Below are positions 9,194 through 18,551 of a stretch of 41,798 nt of DNA, piece by piece. This DNA comes from Pseudanabaena sp. CAN_BIN31. GTDB taxonomy: Bacteria > Cyanobacteriota > Cyanobacteriia > Pseudanabaenales > Pseudanabaenaceae. Under the pieces are notes generated by a model, which did not search any database, was not told where the DNA came from, and worked only from the letters and a program-made list of their open reading frames with translations. How positions within the stretch are numbered: position 1 is the first letter of the stretch; the number at the start of each line of letters is the position of its first letter. The stretch covers positions 1 to 41,798 of the forward strand of contig JAJAZG010000576.1 in the NCBI GenBank assembly GCA_026785865.1. Reading direction: 5' to 3'. The position numbers and the translations under genes are program-made.

Positions 9194-10255
9194 ATGAACT
9201 CAAACGCAAAAATAGCGATCGCTTGGGAAGGTCTGCCTTTTTACGCAGCTCGTCTGATCAGAGCATGTATAGAACAGTTAGGAGAAGATATATTTGTCAT
9301 TGGGTCTAAACCTACAGTTCCCATTAAAGGAATGGAAGAATCTCTTGGACAACCTATTCATTGGATTGACGGCAGCCAAACTTACTCTTGGTCACGATTG
9401 GGGATAACTGCTCCAGAAATTTTCATTCAAACTGGATGGAAAAATCTTGCTTTTAATGATTTAGGTCTGGAAGTACGGCAACAAAATGGCCAAGTAGTTG
9501 GCATGATAGACAACTCTTGGAAGAATTCACCGCGTCAATGGTTAGGAGCTTTTGTCTTTCGATGTGTATACCGCAATTGGTTTGCTGCCGTCTGGGTGCC
9601 AGGAGAGTCAGGAGAAAAGTTGTGCCGTTTCCTAGGAATGCCTCAAAGTAAAATATATCAAGGTTTATATGTGGCTGACCCAAATATCTTCTCTAGAGGA
9701 TTACCTTTGTCACAGCGAGAGAAAAAGTTTTTGTTTGTAGGTCAACTCATCAAACGTAAGGGCATAGACCTTTTAGTTAAGGCATTCCAGCAATTTTATC
9801 CACAGTTTCCTGATTGGCAGTTGCACATTATTGGTAATGGTATTCTATATGATTCAATTATAGGCGAGGGTATTTTCAAGGAAGACTTTAAGCAACCTTT
9901 TGAGGTAAGTGAGGTGATGCGACAAAGCAGATACTTAATCTTACCTAGTCAAGAAGATCACTGGGCTTTAGTGATTCACGAGGCAACCCTCTCAGGTTGT
10001 GGAATTATTACTACTAAAATGGTTGGATCTGTTCCTGAATTTGTGTCAGCCCAAAATGGGATAATTATCCAAAAGAATTCAGTTGAGGACTTGTGCGAGG
10101 CAATGGTTAAGGTTGCTATGCTAAGTAATGCTGAACTAGATCGGGCTTCTGACACAAGTCTTTATTTAGCTTCTAAGTTCAGTCCTGAAAGGTCAAGCAG
10201 GGATTTTGTAAAGCTTATCAATGATTTAAGGAATCAGCGCCAATTCAAAAATTAA
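9194..10255 (+). CDS. Glycosyltransferase family 4
   Basis: FLFVGQLIKRKG and LPSQEDHWALVIHEATLSG motifs. Confidence 0.9.
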   Translation: MNSNAKIAIAWEGLPFYAARLIRACIEQLGEDIFVIGSKPTVPIKGMEESLGQPIHWIDGSQTYSWSRLGITAPEIFIQTGWKNLAFNDLGLEVRQQNGQVVGMIDNSWKNSPRQWLGAFVFRCVYRNWFAAVWVPGESGEKLCRFLGMPQSKIYQGLYVADPNIFSRGLPLSQREKKFLFVGQLIKRKGIDLLVKAFQQFYPQFPDWQLHIIGNGILYDSIIGEGIFKEDFKQPFEVSEVMRQSRYLILPSQEDHWALVIHEATLSGCGIITTKMVGSVPEFVSAQNGIIIQKNSVEDLCEAMVKVAMLSNAELDRASDTSLYLASKFSPERSSRDFVKLINDLRNQRQFKN

Positions 10256-10334
10256 TCAGATTACACCGATCCCTTCTTTACAGACCAGTGTATTTTTCCG
10301 CTACCATTCAAGAAAAAAAAATAGTCCGAATAAT

Positions 10335-11534
10335 ATGCAAAAATTAAAGATCCTGCAATACTTAGCTGTTTATGCTCCTGCTTGGGAATATGGGGGGGTA
10401 GTCACTTGGGCAGAGCAGTTATGTGAAGAATTGGCCAGATTGGGGCATGAAGTTGAAGTTTTTACTTCAAATGCTGGGTTGAACAATCACCCAGACATTC
10501 CCGTGAATCAACCTGTTATTCGTAATGGAGTTAAAGTCACATATTTTAAACAAGAAAAAGGCATGGGAATTAAATGTCCTGACATGGAAAAAGCCGTGAT
10601 TGCTAGAGTCAAAGAGTTTGATATTATTCACATTTCAGGGGTTTGGCAACGCACGACTGCTGCTGCTGTTAAGGCTGCGAGGAAGGAAGGTGTTCCAGTT
10701 GTTCAATCTTTACACGGCGCACTTAGCCCTTATTCTTTGGGACAGAAGACAATCAAGAAAATTCTTTATTATCTCTGGCAAGAACGCTTCAACGTGACAA
10801 ATGCCTCTGCCATCCACTATACTAGTAAGCAGGAATTAGAAGAATGTCGTTGGTTAAAGCTATCAGGGATACCTTTTATCGTTCCCAACGGCTTAGACAC
10901 TCAGTTTTGGCAACCTAATCTAGAGGCGGCAAAGGCATGGCGTAAATTTCAAAACTTTAGCGAAGATGACTTCATCCTCTTGAATGTGGGTCGCCTTCAT
11001 CACAAAAAAGGCTTAGACTTATTACCTCAAGCCTTAGCCCCATTGCGACATCTAAATTGGCGAATGGTGTTTGTCGGTGGCGATGACGATGGCACTAAGG
11101 CTAAATTGCAGAAACAGTTTGAATCCGTAAACCTATCAGATAAAGTTGTTTTTTTGGAAAGGTGTGAACCAAAAGATTTGCCAGCCATATACTCTGCCGC
11201 TAATTTATTTCTTTTGCCTAGCCGTCACGAAAATTTTGGCAACGTTGTTGTCGAAGCCCTAGCTTGTGGTTGTCCTGTTGTGATTTCTGATAAAGTTGGA
11301 CTACATGATGAAGTTGCCGATAGTGGAACAGGATGGGTACTGCCTAGAGTTGAAGCATTATGGACAGAAAACATTAGAAAATTGATCCTGTTTCGTAGTA
11401 AGATTACAGAGGTATCATCTGTATCAGTGGAATATGCGGATTCTACTTATTCTATAAAAAAAACTTCTCTACAGATGACCACTAATTATCTCCAAACCAT
11501 TGATAAATATCATACAAAGTCAGAACATGGATAA
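10335..11534 (+). CDS. Glycosyltransferase family 4
   Basis: PAWEYGG, VGRLHHKKG and PSRHENFGNVVVEALACG motifs. Confidence 0.93.
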   Translation: MQKLKILQYLAVYAPAWEYGGVVTWAEQLCEELARLGHEVEVFTSNAGLNNHPDIPVNQPVIRNGVKVTYFKQEKGMGIKCPDMEKAVIARVKEFDIIHISGVWQRTTAAAVKAARKEGVPVVQSLHGALSPYSLGQKTIKKILYYLWQERFNVTNASAIHYTSKQELEECRWLKLSGIPFIVPNGLDTQFWQPNLEAAKAWRKFQNFSEDDFILLNVGRLHHKKGLDLLPQALAPLRHLNWRMVFVGGDDDGTKAKLQKQFESVNLSDKVVFLERCEPKDLPAIYSAANLFLLPSRHENFGNVVVEALACGCPVVISDKVGLHDEVADSGTGWVLPRVEALWTENIRKLILFRSKITEVSSVSVEYADSTYSIKKTSLQMTTNYLQTIDKYHTKSEHG

Positions 11535-12483
11535 AAATCAAAAATGTATTCTTTGTAACTCTGACAATACTATACTCCAATGGAAAAATGTCAGGGGCTA
11601 TCGCGTTCGTAAGTGTTTAGATTGTAGCTTTTTATTTCTAGATGAGATAAAGAGTGAACAAGAACTAGAAGAGTTCTATTCTGAAAATTATTTCATGGCA
11701 TCGTATGCTAGAAACGAAACTGATTTAGTCAGCGCTGCAAAAAAACAAACGATTCTTTCTGAAGCGGCGGAATATGCGAAGCTAATTAGAAATCACAATC
11801 CTCAAGCCGTGAGCGTAGTTGAGATAGGATGTTCTTGGGGATATTTATTATACAATTTACAGAATTTTGAATACTCTGTTAAGGGGTATGAATTGAGTAA
11901 AACAACTGCAAACGCTGGAAGAGAGCAACTAGGTTTAGATATCACATCAGGTTTTTTTGAAGCTCAAATCGACCAGTTTGATGTTCTGATTCTTAGACAT
12001 GTTTTAGAACATGTGCCTGACCCTCAAGACATACTTTCAAAAATTTATGACTCTTTGACTAAGGGTGGATTGTTCATTTTAGAGGGACCAAATCTAGATT
12101 CTATAAGTTCAAAATTGTTTGGACAAAATGTTTCTTGGGTAGCTCCGCCTGAACACGTCAGTTTTCCTAATTTTAGATCCTTAGTTATCGCTGGGGAAAA
12201 ACTAGGTTTTAAGTGTATTTATAAAAGCACCCGACGTGGCAGAGGAATATCAATTTTTCATCAAGCACTCTTAAACAGTGTAGGTCTTTTCTTCGGAGGT
12301 AAGGAGAATGCAAAAAATAATTTGGGAGGAATTAATGATAATGCCTCTAACCCAAATATTAATAAGCTTAAAAAATTTGTATTAAAGGCTGTGAGTTTTT
12401 TAGATTTCCTTTCTTCACCAATACATCCATTTTTGAGACAGGCTTTATTGGAAGAAGAAATGCTAATTGTATTTAAAAAGTAA
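11527..12483 (+). CDS. Class I SAM-dependent methyltransferase with N-terminal CxxC...CxxC
   Basis: CILC...CLDC, VEIGCSWG, HVLEHVPDP and PPEH motifs. ATG 11527, overlapping the upstream stop, is preferred over TTG 11500. Confidence 0.9.
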   Translation: MDKNQKCILCNSDNTILQWKNVRGYRVRKCLDCSFLFLDEIKSEQELEEFYSENYFMASYARNETDLVSAAKKQTILSEAAEYAKLIRNHNPQAVSVVEIGCSWGYLLYNLQNFEYSVKGYELSKTTANAGREQLGLDITSGFFEAQIDQFDVLILRHVLEHVPDPQDILSKIYDSLTKGGLFILEGPNLDSISSKLFGQNVSWVAPPEHVSFPNFRSLVIAGEKLGFKCIYKSTRRGRGISIFHQALLNSVGLFFGGKENAKNNLGGINDNASNPNINKLKKFVLKAVSFLDFLSSPIHPFLRQALLEEEMLIVFKK

Positions 12484-12484
12484 T

Positions 12485-13324
12485 ATGGTTAATATGTTAA
12501 CCATTTCAGCTATTATTCTCACAAAAAATGAGGTTGGTAACCTTAAGAGGTGTGTGGAATCTTTGGGTTGGTGTCAAGAGGTTGTTGTTGTAGATTCGGG
12601 TAGCACTGACGGAACAACAGAGTTAGCGGAATCACTAGGAATAAATATTTTCACTAATATTCAACAACCTCCATTCAAAATTTCTGAGCAGCGCAACTGG
12701 GCTTTACAAAACTCTAATTTAAAAGGTCAATGGGTGCTATTTATAGATGCTGATGAAGTAATTCCCACCGACTTAGCAACAGAAATTCAGCGTATTTGTT
12801 CTAGTAGTAATCAGCAGTACAATTCCTATGAATTGCCTGCGCGTTATCTGTTTTGGGGTAAATGGCTTAAACTCACCCAAGGATATCCCAATTGGCATCC
12901 TCGCTTATTAAAATTAGGAGAAGTTACTTTTGTTGGCGGTGTTTGGGAACACTTCTCGTCAAGTGCAAAGATTGGCAAAATTAATATTCCTTATGATCAT
13001 TATGCCAACTCTAAGGGATTTGGAGATTGGCTAGAGAGACACGATCGCTACTCTTCTTGGGATGCTCAAAAGGTTGTAGAATTTTTGGAAACAGGGCAAG
13101 CTTCGGCTTTGGGGACAGAACGTAAATTAAAACTGAGATTATTAGCTGCTAAATTTTGGTTTCTGCGCCCGATCGCTAGGTTTGTGCAGATGTATTTTTT
13201 ACGCTTGGGTTTTTTAGAAGGAATAACATCTTTGGTTTTCTGTTCGCTCTATGCTATGTATGAGTTTATGATCGTTGTCAAAATTATAGAAATCAAGCGC
13301 AAGAAAGATAATTTACCCCTATAG
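12485..13324 (+). CDS. Glycosyltransferase family 2 (beta-1,4-glucosyltransferase-like)
   Basis: AIILTKNE, VDSGSTDGT, QRNWAL and FIDADE motifs. Start is at ATG 12485 or 12494. Confidence 0.9.
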   Translation: MVNMLTISAIILTKNEVGNLKRCVESLGWCQEVVVVDSGSTDGTTELAESLGINIFTNIQQPPFKISEQRNWALQNSNLKGQWVLFIDADEVIPTDLATEIQRICSSSNQQYNSYELPARYLFWGKWLKLTQGYPNWHPRLLKLGEVTFVGGVWEHFSSSAKIGKINIPYDHYANSKGFGDWLERHDRYSSWDAQKVVEFLETGQASALGTERKLKLRLLAAKFWFLRPIARFVQMYFLRLGFLEGITSLVFCSLYAMYEFMIVVKIIEIKRKKDNLPL

Positions 13325-13379
13325 TTGGAAAAACGAATAGATAAATTCATCAAGTTCGACTCAAACGATATTTTTTACT

Positions 13380-14573
13380 ATGTCTGAAGTCACGATCCTT
13401 AGCCAATTTTTCGAGCCTAGTCTTGCATCTACATCTCAACTGATGACCGATCTAGCCAAAGGAATTGCCCAACGCGGCTATATCGTTCAAGTCTTTACAG
13501 CCATTCAAGCCAAGAAAATTCCTGAGTCTTTTACTAATTTAGTTGTAAAACGTTCTTTCGCGCCGATTCAGAATAGTAATAATATTTTTGGTAAAATTAT
13601 TAGCTCGTTATTTTTTTTGATTGGAGCTTTATTTTTTGTCCTGTTTCAGCAGTCCAAAGTTGCACCTCTTCTAATTGCCTCTAATCCTCCCTATGTCGGT
13701 ATTATTGGTATTATTTTCAAATTTATTAGAGGAGGAGAATATTATTTTATTCTTCAGGATATATTTCCCGAATCTGCTGTTTTGAGTGGAATTATCAAAT
13801 CTGATAGCTTGGCTTTCTGGTTATTTAGTCAGATCACTTATTTAACTTGCAAATCTGCTAAGAAAACTATAGTTCTTAGTACTTCTATGCAGTCATTTTT
13901 ATCCCAAAAATATCCTGACTTAAAAACTAAGATTATCGTTATTGAGAATTGGGCGATCGCCGATATTCCTGATTTAGAAAAGCAAGAAAATGATTTTGCT
14001 AAGCAGCATAATCTTACGAATATTTTCACGGTTTTATATTCTGGAAATATTGGCAGACTTCATGATATCGAAGCGATCGCAACCACAGCAAAGCTTCTAG
14101 CAGACGAGCCAATTCGTTTTGTGTTTATTGGCGATGGCGCTAAAACCAAATATTTAGAGGAGACCATTCAAGCTAATCAACTTACCAATATTCTCTTGCT
14201 ACCTCTACAGCCTAGAGAAAAGCTCTCTCTGACACTCACTGCTTGTGATCTCTCGCTAGTCAGCCTAATCGAAGGAGCAGAACAAATTGTCGCCCCTTGC
14301 AAGCTTTATGGTATTTTGGCTGCTGGTCGTCCCATTGTCGCTATTTCTGCTAAGGACTCCTACATTGATGTGATGTTGAGTAAGTACAACTGTGGGGTTA
14401 ACTGCCCACCCCACCAGCCAGAAAAGTTAGCTAATTTATTGAAACAGTTAATCAATCAGCCGCAAACAGTCAGACTTTTGGGAGAGAATGCTAAAAAACT
14501 TTATAGACAACATTACACCTGCGATCGCGCCTTAGATGAATACGAAAAGTTGCTTTCCTCGGATTGTTCGTAA
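13380..14573 (+). CDS. Glycosyltransferase family 4 (WbuB/WcaI-like)
   Basis: SQFFEP...QLMTDLA, SNPP, QDIFPE, YSGNIG and PCKLYGILAAGRP motifs. Confidence 0.92.
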   Translation: MSEVTILSQFFEPSLASTSQLMTDLAKGIAQRGYIVQVFTAIQAKKIPESFTNLVVKRSFAPIQNSNNIFGKIISSLFFLIGALFFVLFQQSKVAPLLIASNPPYVGIIGIIFKFIRGGEYYFILQDIFPESAVLSGIIKSDSLAFWLFSQITYLTCKSAKKTIVLSTSMQSFLSQKYPDLKTKIIVIENWAIADIPDLEKQENDFAKQHNLTNIFTVLYSGNIGRLHDIEAIATTAKLLADEPIRFVFIGDGAKTKYLEETIQANQLTNILLLPLQPREKLSLTLTACDLSLVSLIEGAEQIVAPCKLYGILAAGRPIVAISAKDSYIDVMLSKYNCGVNCPPHQPEKLANLLKQLINQPQTVRLLGENAKKLYRQHYTCDRALDEYEKLLSSDCS

Positions 14574-15195
14574 ATACAAACAAATGCTCATTTATGGACT
14601 AGTACTTGTCATTTCTGTGATTATGTTTAGTCAGCCGATAGCGATCGCATATGGACAATGGCTCTCAGTTGTTAGTGTAAATCCGACAGGTGATATCGCT
14701 GTTGCGCTGGGAGGAGGCGATCGCCTAGAGACGGCTATTCAGCTTTTTCTCAGCAATCGGGTTAAAGCGGTTTACTACGATACAGGTGATCTCGCAAATC
14801 AACTAGATCAAAAGACAATCGAAAATATATTGCGTAAATACAACCTAGGCAAACATCAAATTTATTGGGGGGGCATGGCAAAAAATACCTTTGATGAGGC
14901 GCTGGCTTTTAAACGGGTGATCGCATCTATTAAATTTCCCATTCTTCAAATAGTTATTGTCAGCGATCGCTATCATTTGCGGCGGTCTTTATGGACATTT
15001 CATCAAGTATTGGGTGAAGACATAATCATTCACACTTTTGCTACTCCAAGTTCTTCAGCAAATTCCGACCCTCATTGGTGGAAACACAAAGTTTCTAGAG
15101 ATTGGGTTATGAGCGAAACGCAAAAATTGCTTTTTTACAAACTTTATTATGGTCTGATGAGAAGCAAGATCCCCTTTTCCCCTAGAGATATTTAG
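14536..15195 (+). CDS. YdcF/DUF218 (ElyC/SanA-like) protein
   Basis: N-terminal TM segment, VALGGGDR, NTFDEA and VSDRYHLRRS motifs. Confidence 0.85.
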   Translation: MNTKSCFPRIVRKYKQMLIYGLVLVISVIMFSQPIAIAYGQWLSVVSVNPTGDIAVALGGGDRLETAIQLFLSNRVKAVYYDTGDLANQLDQKTIENILRKYNLGKHQIYWGGMAKNTFDEALAFKRVIASIKFPILQIVIVSDRYHLRRSLWTFHQVLGEDIIIHTFATPSSSANSDPHWWKHKVSRDWVMSETQKLLFYKLYYGLMRSKIPFSPRDI

Positions 15196-15221
15196 GTTGA
15201 ATACTGTATTCTTGCGATCGC

Positions 15222-15671
15222 CTATTCCCAGAAGTCAACATTGAGCATCGAGTCAATGTCACGGCTAAATTGCCATGTATCAGAGAATTCAACATCATAT
15301 TCAATTCGCGCAATTTTCAAAGCATTATCAAAAACTTCATCAAACGATTCTAAAAAGTGACGCTTTAGGCTTGGTGACTGTCTCAGAAGTCTCGTAAGCT
15401 TCTGTCTTTGGTTAACTATTGTTACCTGCCAGCCACGATAATAATCAGGGCTGGAGACATAGCAGCGCTTAAGAATATGCTCAATTAATCTTTGGAGTCT
15501 ATTCTCGATCTGCTGTTTATCACTATTTGTCACCCCTTCAATTTCCTCTATTAAATTCTCCATATCAAGATTCTGAAAGTCGCCAGCTTTTAACTTGGCG
15601 ATCGTATCCTCAACCCATAGATTAAGGTCACGCTCATATAGAGTCGATTTTGGGGCAATTGCGATCGTCAT
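15222..15671 (-). CDS. DUF29-family protein
   Basis: LYERDLNLW...LDMENLIEEIE...LIEHILK...W...I.NQR...SPSLK. Confidence 0.9.
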   Translation of the reverse strand: MTIAIAPKSTLYERDLNLWVEDTIAKLKAGDFQNLDMENLIEEIEGVTNSDKQQIENRLQRLIEHILKRCYVSSPDYYRGWQVTIVNQRQKLTRLLRQSPSLKRHFLESFDEVFDNALKIARIEYDVEFSDTWQFSRDIDSMLNVDFWE

Positions 15672-16021
15672 TTTGTTTTTTCTCCTTTGTTATTGGTGCG
15701 ATCGCCGTCAGACAAAACATAAGGATCGAGTCCCTGCGGGTTAAGCAATGACAGTAAAGCGTTAGTACGAGTTTGACCTCGTACATCTGGTTCAGATTCA
15801 ACCTCAATAACATCAGGGTTGTAATCCGTAAAAGCTTGACCTAGTAACAGTTTAGAGTCATTTGTCTTTAAAAAACGTAATGCGTAAACTGGAGCATCTG
15901 CGATCGCCGCCGCCGCACCTGCTTGAGACATCCGATACTCTCCACTAGGCAACATGAAGGCATCAACAGTTAGATCGCCGACCGCGACAGTCGCACGAAT
16001 TGCTTTAATCGATTCGCTCAT
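15668..16021 (-). CDS. Hypothetical protein, possibly a truncated phage-type DNA-binding (P63C-associated-like) protein
   Basis: ATG 16021 and the stop both form ATGA overlaps with the neighbours. DAFMLPSGEYRMSQ motif; the C-terminal ~27 aa look unrelated. Family is only tentatively recognised. Confidence 0.5.
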   Translation of the reverse strand: MSESIKAIRATVAVGDLTVDAFMLPSGEYRMSQAGAAAAIADAPVYALRFLKTNDSKLLLGQAFTDYNPDVIEVESEPDVRGQTRTNALLSLLNPQGLDPYVLSDGDRTNNKGEKTK

Positions 16022-16206
16022 GACTTTTTGCCTTTGGCGCAACTTTCCAAATATTCCTTGACAGCAACAATTATCAAGTTAGAAACTGTCCGACTTTCCT
16101 TTGCTGCTTGAATCTCTAGCGCCTGTTTCAGTTCGCTATCGATTGCAAAGCTAATACGTGGTTTTTGTGTAGGCAATTCCGTATGCAATAGAGACATATC
16201 TGTCAT
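16018..16206 (-). CDS. Ribbon-helix-helix (CopG-like) DNA-binding protein
   Basis: KPRISFAIDSELKQALEIQAAKESRTVSNLI fits a beta-alpha-alpha RHH pattern. Confidence 0.8.
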   Translation of the reverse strand: MTDMSLLHTELPTQKPRISFAIDSELKQALEIQAAKESRTVSNLIIVAVKEYLESCAKGKKS

Positions 16207-16277
16207 TTTTATACTTATCTTAGTTTATTTTTCTAAGTTCATACTATTTCATTAATCGTATGTTATCTTACAAAATA

Positions 16278-16321
16278 GCAAAAGCGATCGCTACTTTTGA
16301 ACGAGAGGCGATCGCTTTTGC
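16278..16321. repeat. Perfect 14-bp inverted repeat built from two HIP1 sites
   Basis: GCAAAAGCGATCGC (16278-16291) and GCGATCGCTTTTGC (16308-16321), 16-nt spacer. Confidence 0.9.
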
Positions 16322-16357
16322 AAAAAATCTGGGATTAGTTTGATCGCAAAACGCTGT

Positions 16358-16384
16358 AGTGTATCTTTCAGTGTATCTTTCAGT
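16358..16384 (+). repeat. Tandem 12-bp duplication
   Basis: AGTGTATCTTTC x2 plus AGT, ~45 bp upstream of the sugar-transferase ATG. Confidence 0.85.
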
Positions 16385-16426
16385 TTTTCTGTAATTTGAC
16401 GCTAGAATAACTATAAAAAATACAAG

Positions 16427-17416
16427 ATGAAAATTCAGAACGGGTGTTCACTCCTTTTACTTGGGACAGCTAGCCACAACTTAAAATATGTCAAATCGTT
16501 GCTAAATCATCAAAAGCTAGCAAATTTAGTTGTCCTGGCTGCGGATAGCCAACCTATTAGAGAATTAACACAAGCTGATCCCAATATAGTCTATGGCGGA
16601 TGTATTAAGAATTTCTCGCATTGGAGTCAGAAGTCTATTGCTAATGTGTTTGTTGGTAGTGAAATCAACCTAACTGACAATGACAAGCAAACTTTGCGAG
16701 AACTACGCCTCAGACATATCCCTGTCTTTCATTTTGTCGAAATTTTTGGTTGGCTATGGCGTAAATTTCCACCGTCTCTCATTGACGATCATTGGTTTAT
16801 ATTTGGCGATGGGTTTAAATTGTTGTCCGATTGCAATAGCATCAAAGTTAAGCGTTTTTTTGATATAGTTGTGGCTGTCATGATATTAACTCCGCTATTA
16901 CCAATCTTGGCACTCGTAGCACTGCTGATTAAATTAGATAGCCCTGGTCAAATTTTTTATAGTCAAGTACGAAATGGACTGAATAGCGAACCATTTAAGA
17001 TTTACAAATTTCGCTCTATGTATCAGGATGCCGAGAAAAATGGGGCGAAATGGGCAAGTGTATCTGATTCTCGGATTACTAGGGTAGGTTATTGGCTAAG
17101 GGTTCTCCGCATTGATGAGCTACCTCAGATCTGGAATGTCCTGCGTGGCGAGATGAGTCTGGTTGGACCACGTCCAGAAAGACCAGAATTTGACGCCAAT
17201 CTGGAAAAGGTAATTCCTTACTACAGGTTTCGTTATCTAGTGAAACCTGGGATTAGTGGTTGGGCCCAGGTCTGCTATCCCTATGGAGCATCCGTTGAAG
17301 ATTCTTACGAAAAGCTTGCCTATGACCTTTACTATATTAGAAATTACTCTCTATGGTTGGATATTGTGATATTTTTCAAGACAATCAAAGTGGTAATCAG
17401 CAGCAAGGGCAGATAG
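16427..17416 (+). CDS. Priming polyprenyl-phosphate sugar transferase (Bac_transf; WcaJ/WbaP-like)
   Basis: KRFFDI, YKFRSM, RIDELPQ, GEMSLVGPRPE, KPGISGWAQV and YDLYY motifs. Confidence 0.93.
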   Translation: MKIQNGCSLLLLGTASHNLKYVKSLLNHQKLANLVVLAADSQPIRELTQADPNIVYGGCIKNFSHWSQKSIANVFVGSEINLTDNDKQTLRELRLRHIPVFHFVEIFGWLWRKFPPSLIDDHWFIFGDGFKLLSDCNSIKVKRFFDIVVAVMILTPLLPILALVALLIKLDSPGQIFYSQVRNGLNSEPFKIYKFRSMYQDAEKNGAKWASVSDSRITRVGYWLRVLRIDELPQIWNVLRGEMSLVGPRPERPEFDANLEKVIPYYRFRYLVKPGISGWAQVCYPYGASVEDSYEKLAYDLYYIRNYSLWLDIVIFFKTIKVVISSKGR

Positions 17417-17423
17417 GGGATAA

Positions 17424-18422
17424 ATGAGTAATAACATCTTGGTGACTGGTGGAGCTGGCTATATTGGCTCCCACATAGTTCGGCGCTTGGGGGAGGCTGG
17501 CTATAATGTCACTGTCTATGACAATTGTTCTACGGGATTCGCTCATTCAGTGTTGTATGGTGAGCTAATTATTGGTGATTTGGCAGATATCCATCACCTC
17601 TATCAAGTATTTGCCAAACATCAATTTAGTGCAGTTATACATCTTGCGGCTCGTTTGGTTGTGCCAGACTCTGTTATGTATCCTCTCGATTACTATACCA
17701 ACAACACCTATAACACCATAAATTTGCTACGGTGCTGTAGCGTGATGGGTGTTAACCAACTGATATTTTCTAGTACAGCCGCAGTTTATGGTAACCCACA
17801 AGAAAATCCTGTTACCGAAAATACTCCTACCTTACCAATTAATCCTTATGGACGCTCTAAACTGATGAGCGAAGCGATTATTCAGGACTATGCATATGCT
17901 TCTCGTTTACGGTATGTGATCTTACGCTACTTTAATGTCGGCGGAGCCGACCCTGCTGGAAGAATTGGGCAGAACTCACACTATGCAAGTCACTTGATTG
18001 CCAGTGCTTGTAATGCAGTACTCAAACGTCAACCAGAATTAAAGATTTTTGGGACTGACTTTCCTACTCCAGATGGCACAGGAGTCCGAGATTATATCCA
18101 TGTCGAGGACTTAGCCTCTGCACATATTGATAGTCTGTGCTATTTAGAACAGGATGGAGAAAGTCAGATTTTCAATTGCGGCTATGGTGAAGGGTATAGC
18201 GTACGTCAAGTTGTAGAGAGGATCAAAGCAATTTCTGGAGTAGATTTTCCAGTGATTAATGAAGCCCGTCGTCTTGGCGATCCTGCCTGTGTAACCGCTT
18301 GTGCTCAGAAAATAAAGCAGGTATTAAACTGGCAACCCAAATATAATAATTTGGACGATATTATTTCCAGCAGTCTAGCTTGGGAAATGAGTAAGTTGAA
18401 TCGGGATAATGGGGTGAACTAA
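17424..18422 (+). CDS. galE: UDP-glucose 4-epimerase
   Basis: VTGGAGYIGSH, FSSTAAVYG, YGRSK (YxxxK), LRYFNV and GTGVRDYIHV motifs. Confidence 0.95.
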   Translation: MSNNILVTGGAGYIGSHIVRRLGEAGYNVTVYDNCSTGFAHSVLYGELIIGDLADIHHLYQVFAKHQFSAVIHLAARLVVPDSVMYPLDYYTNNTYNTINLLRCCSVMGVNQLIFSSTAAVYGNPQENPVTENTPTLPINPYGRSKLMSEAIIQDYAYASRLRYVILRYFNVGGADPAGRIGQNSHYASHLIASACNAVLKRQPELKIFGTDFPTPDGTGVRDYIHVEDLASAHIDSLCYLEQDGESQIFNCGYGEGYSVRQVVERIKAISGVDFPVINEARRLGDPACVTACAQKIKQVLNWQPKYNNLDDIISSSLAWEMSKLNRDNGVN

Positions 18423-18551
18423 ATTTATTTAAATCTATGCAGATGCGAATAGAAGTGTCTAAGATTGCTGGTTTCATCTGTTGATGGTTACTGTTAAGAG
18501 CAATTACGAATCATGGCGATTCTCCCATCTACCAGAGCTTAACCGTACCGA
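18393..18551 (-). ncRNA. Putative omega-RNA of the IS607 TnpB (scaffold plus guide from the galE flank)
   Basis: Non-coding ~137 nt between the tnpB stop and the right end, with nested stems CTGGT/ACCAG, GATGG/CCATC and GAATC/GATTC. Boundaries are inferred. Confidence 0.6.
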
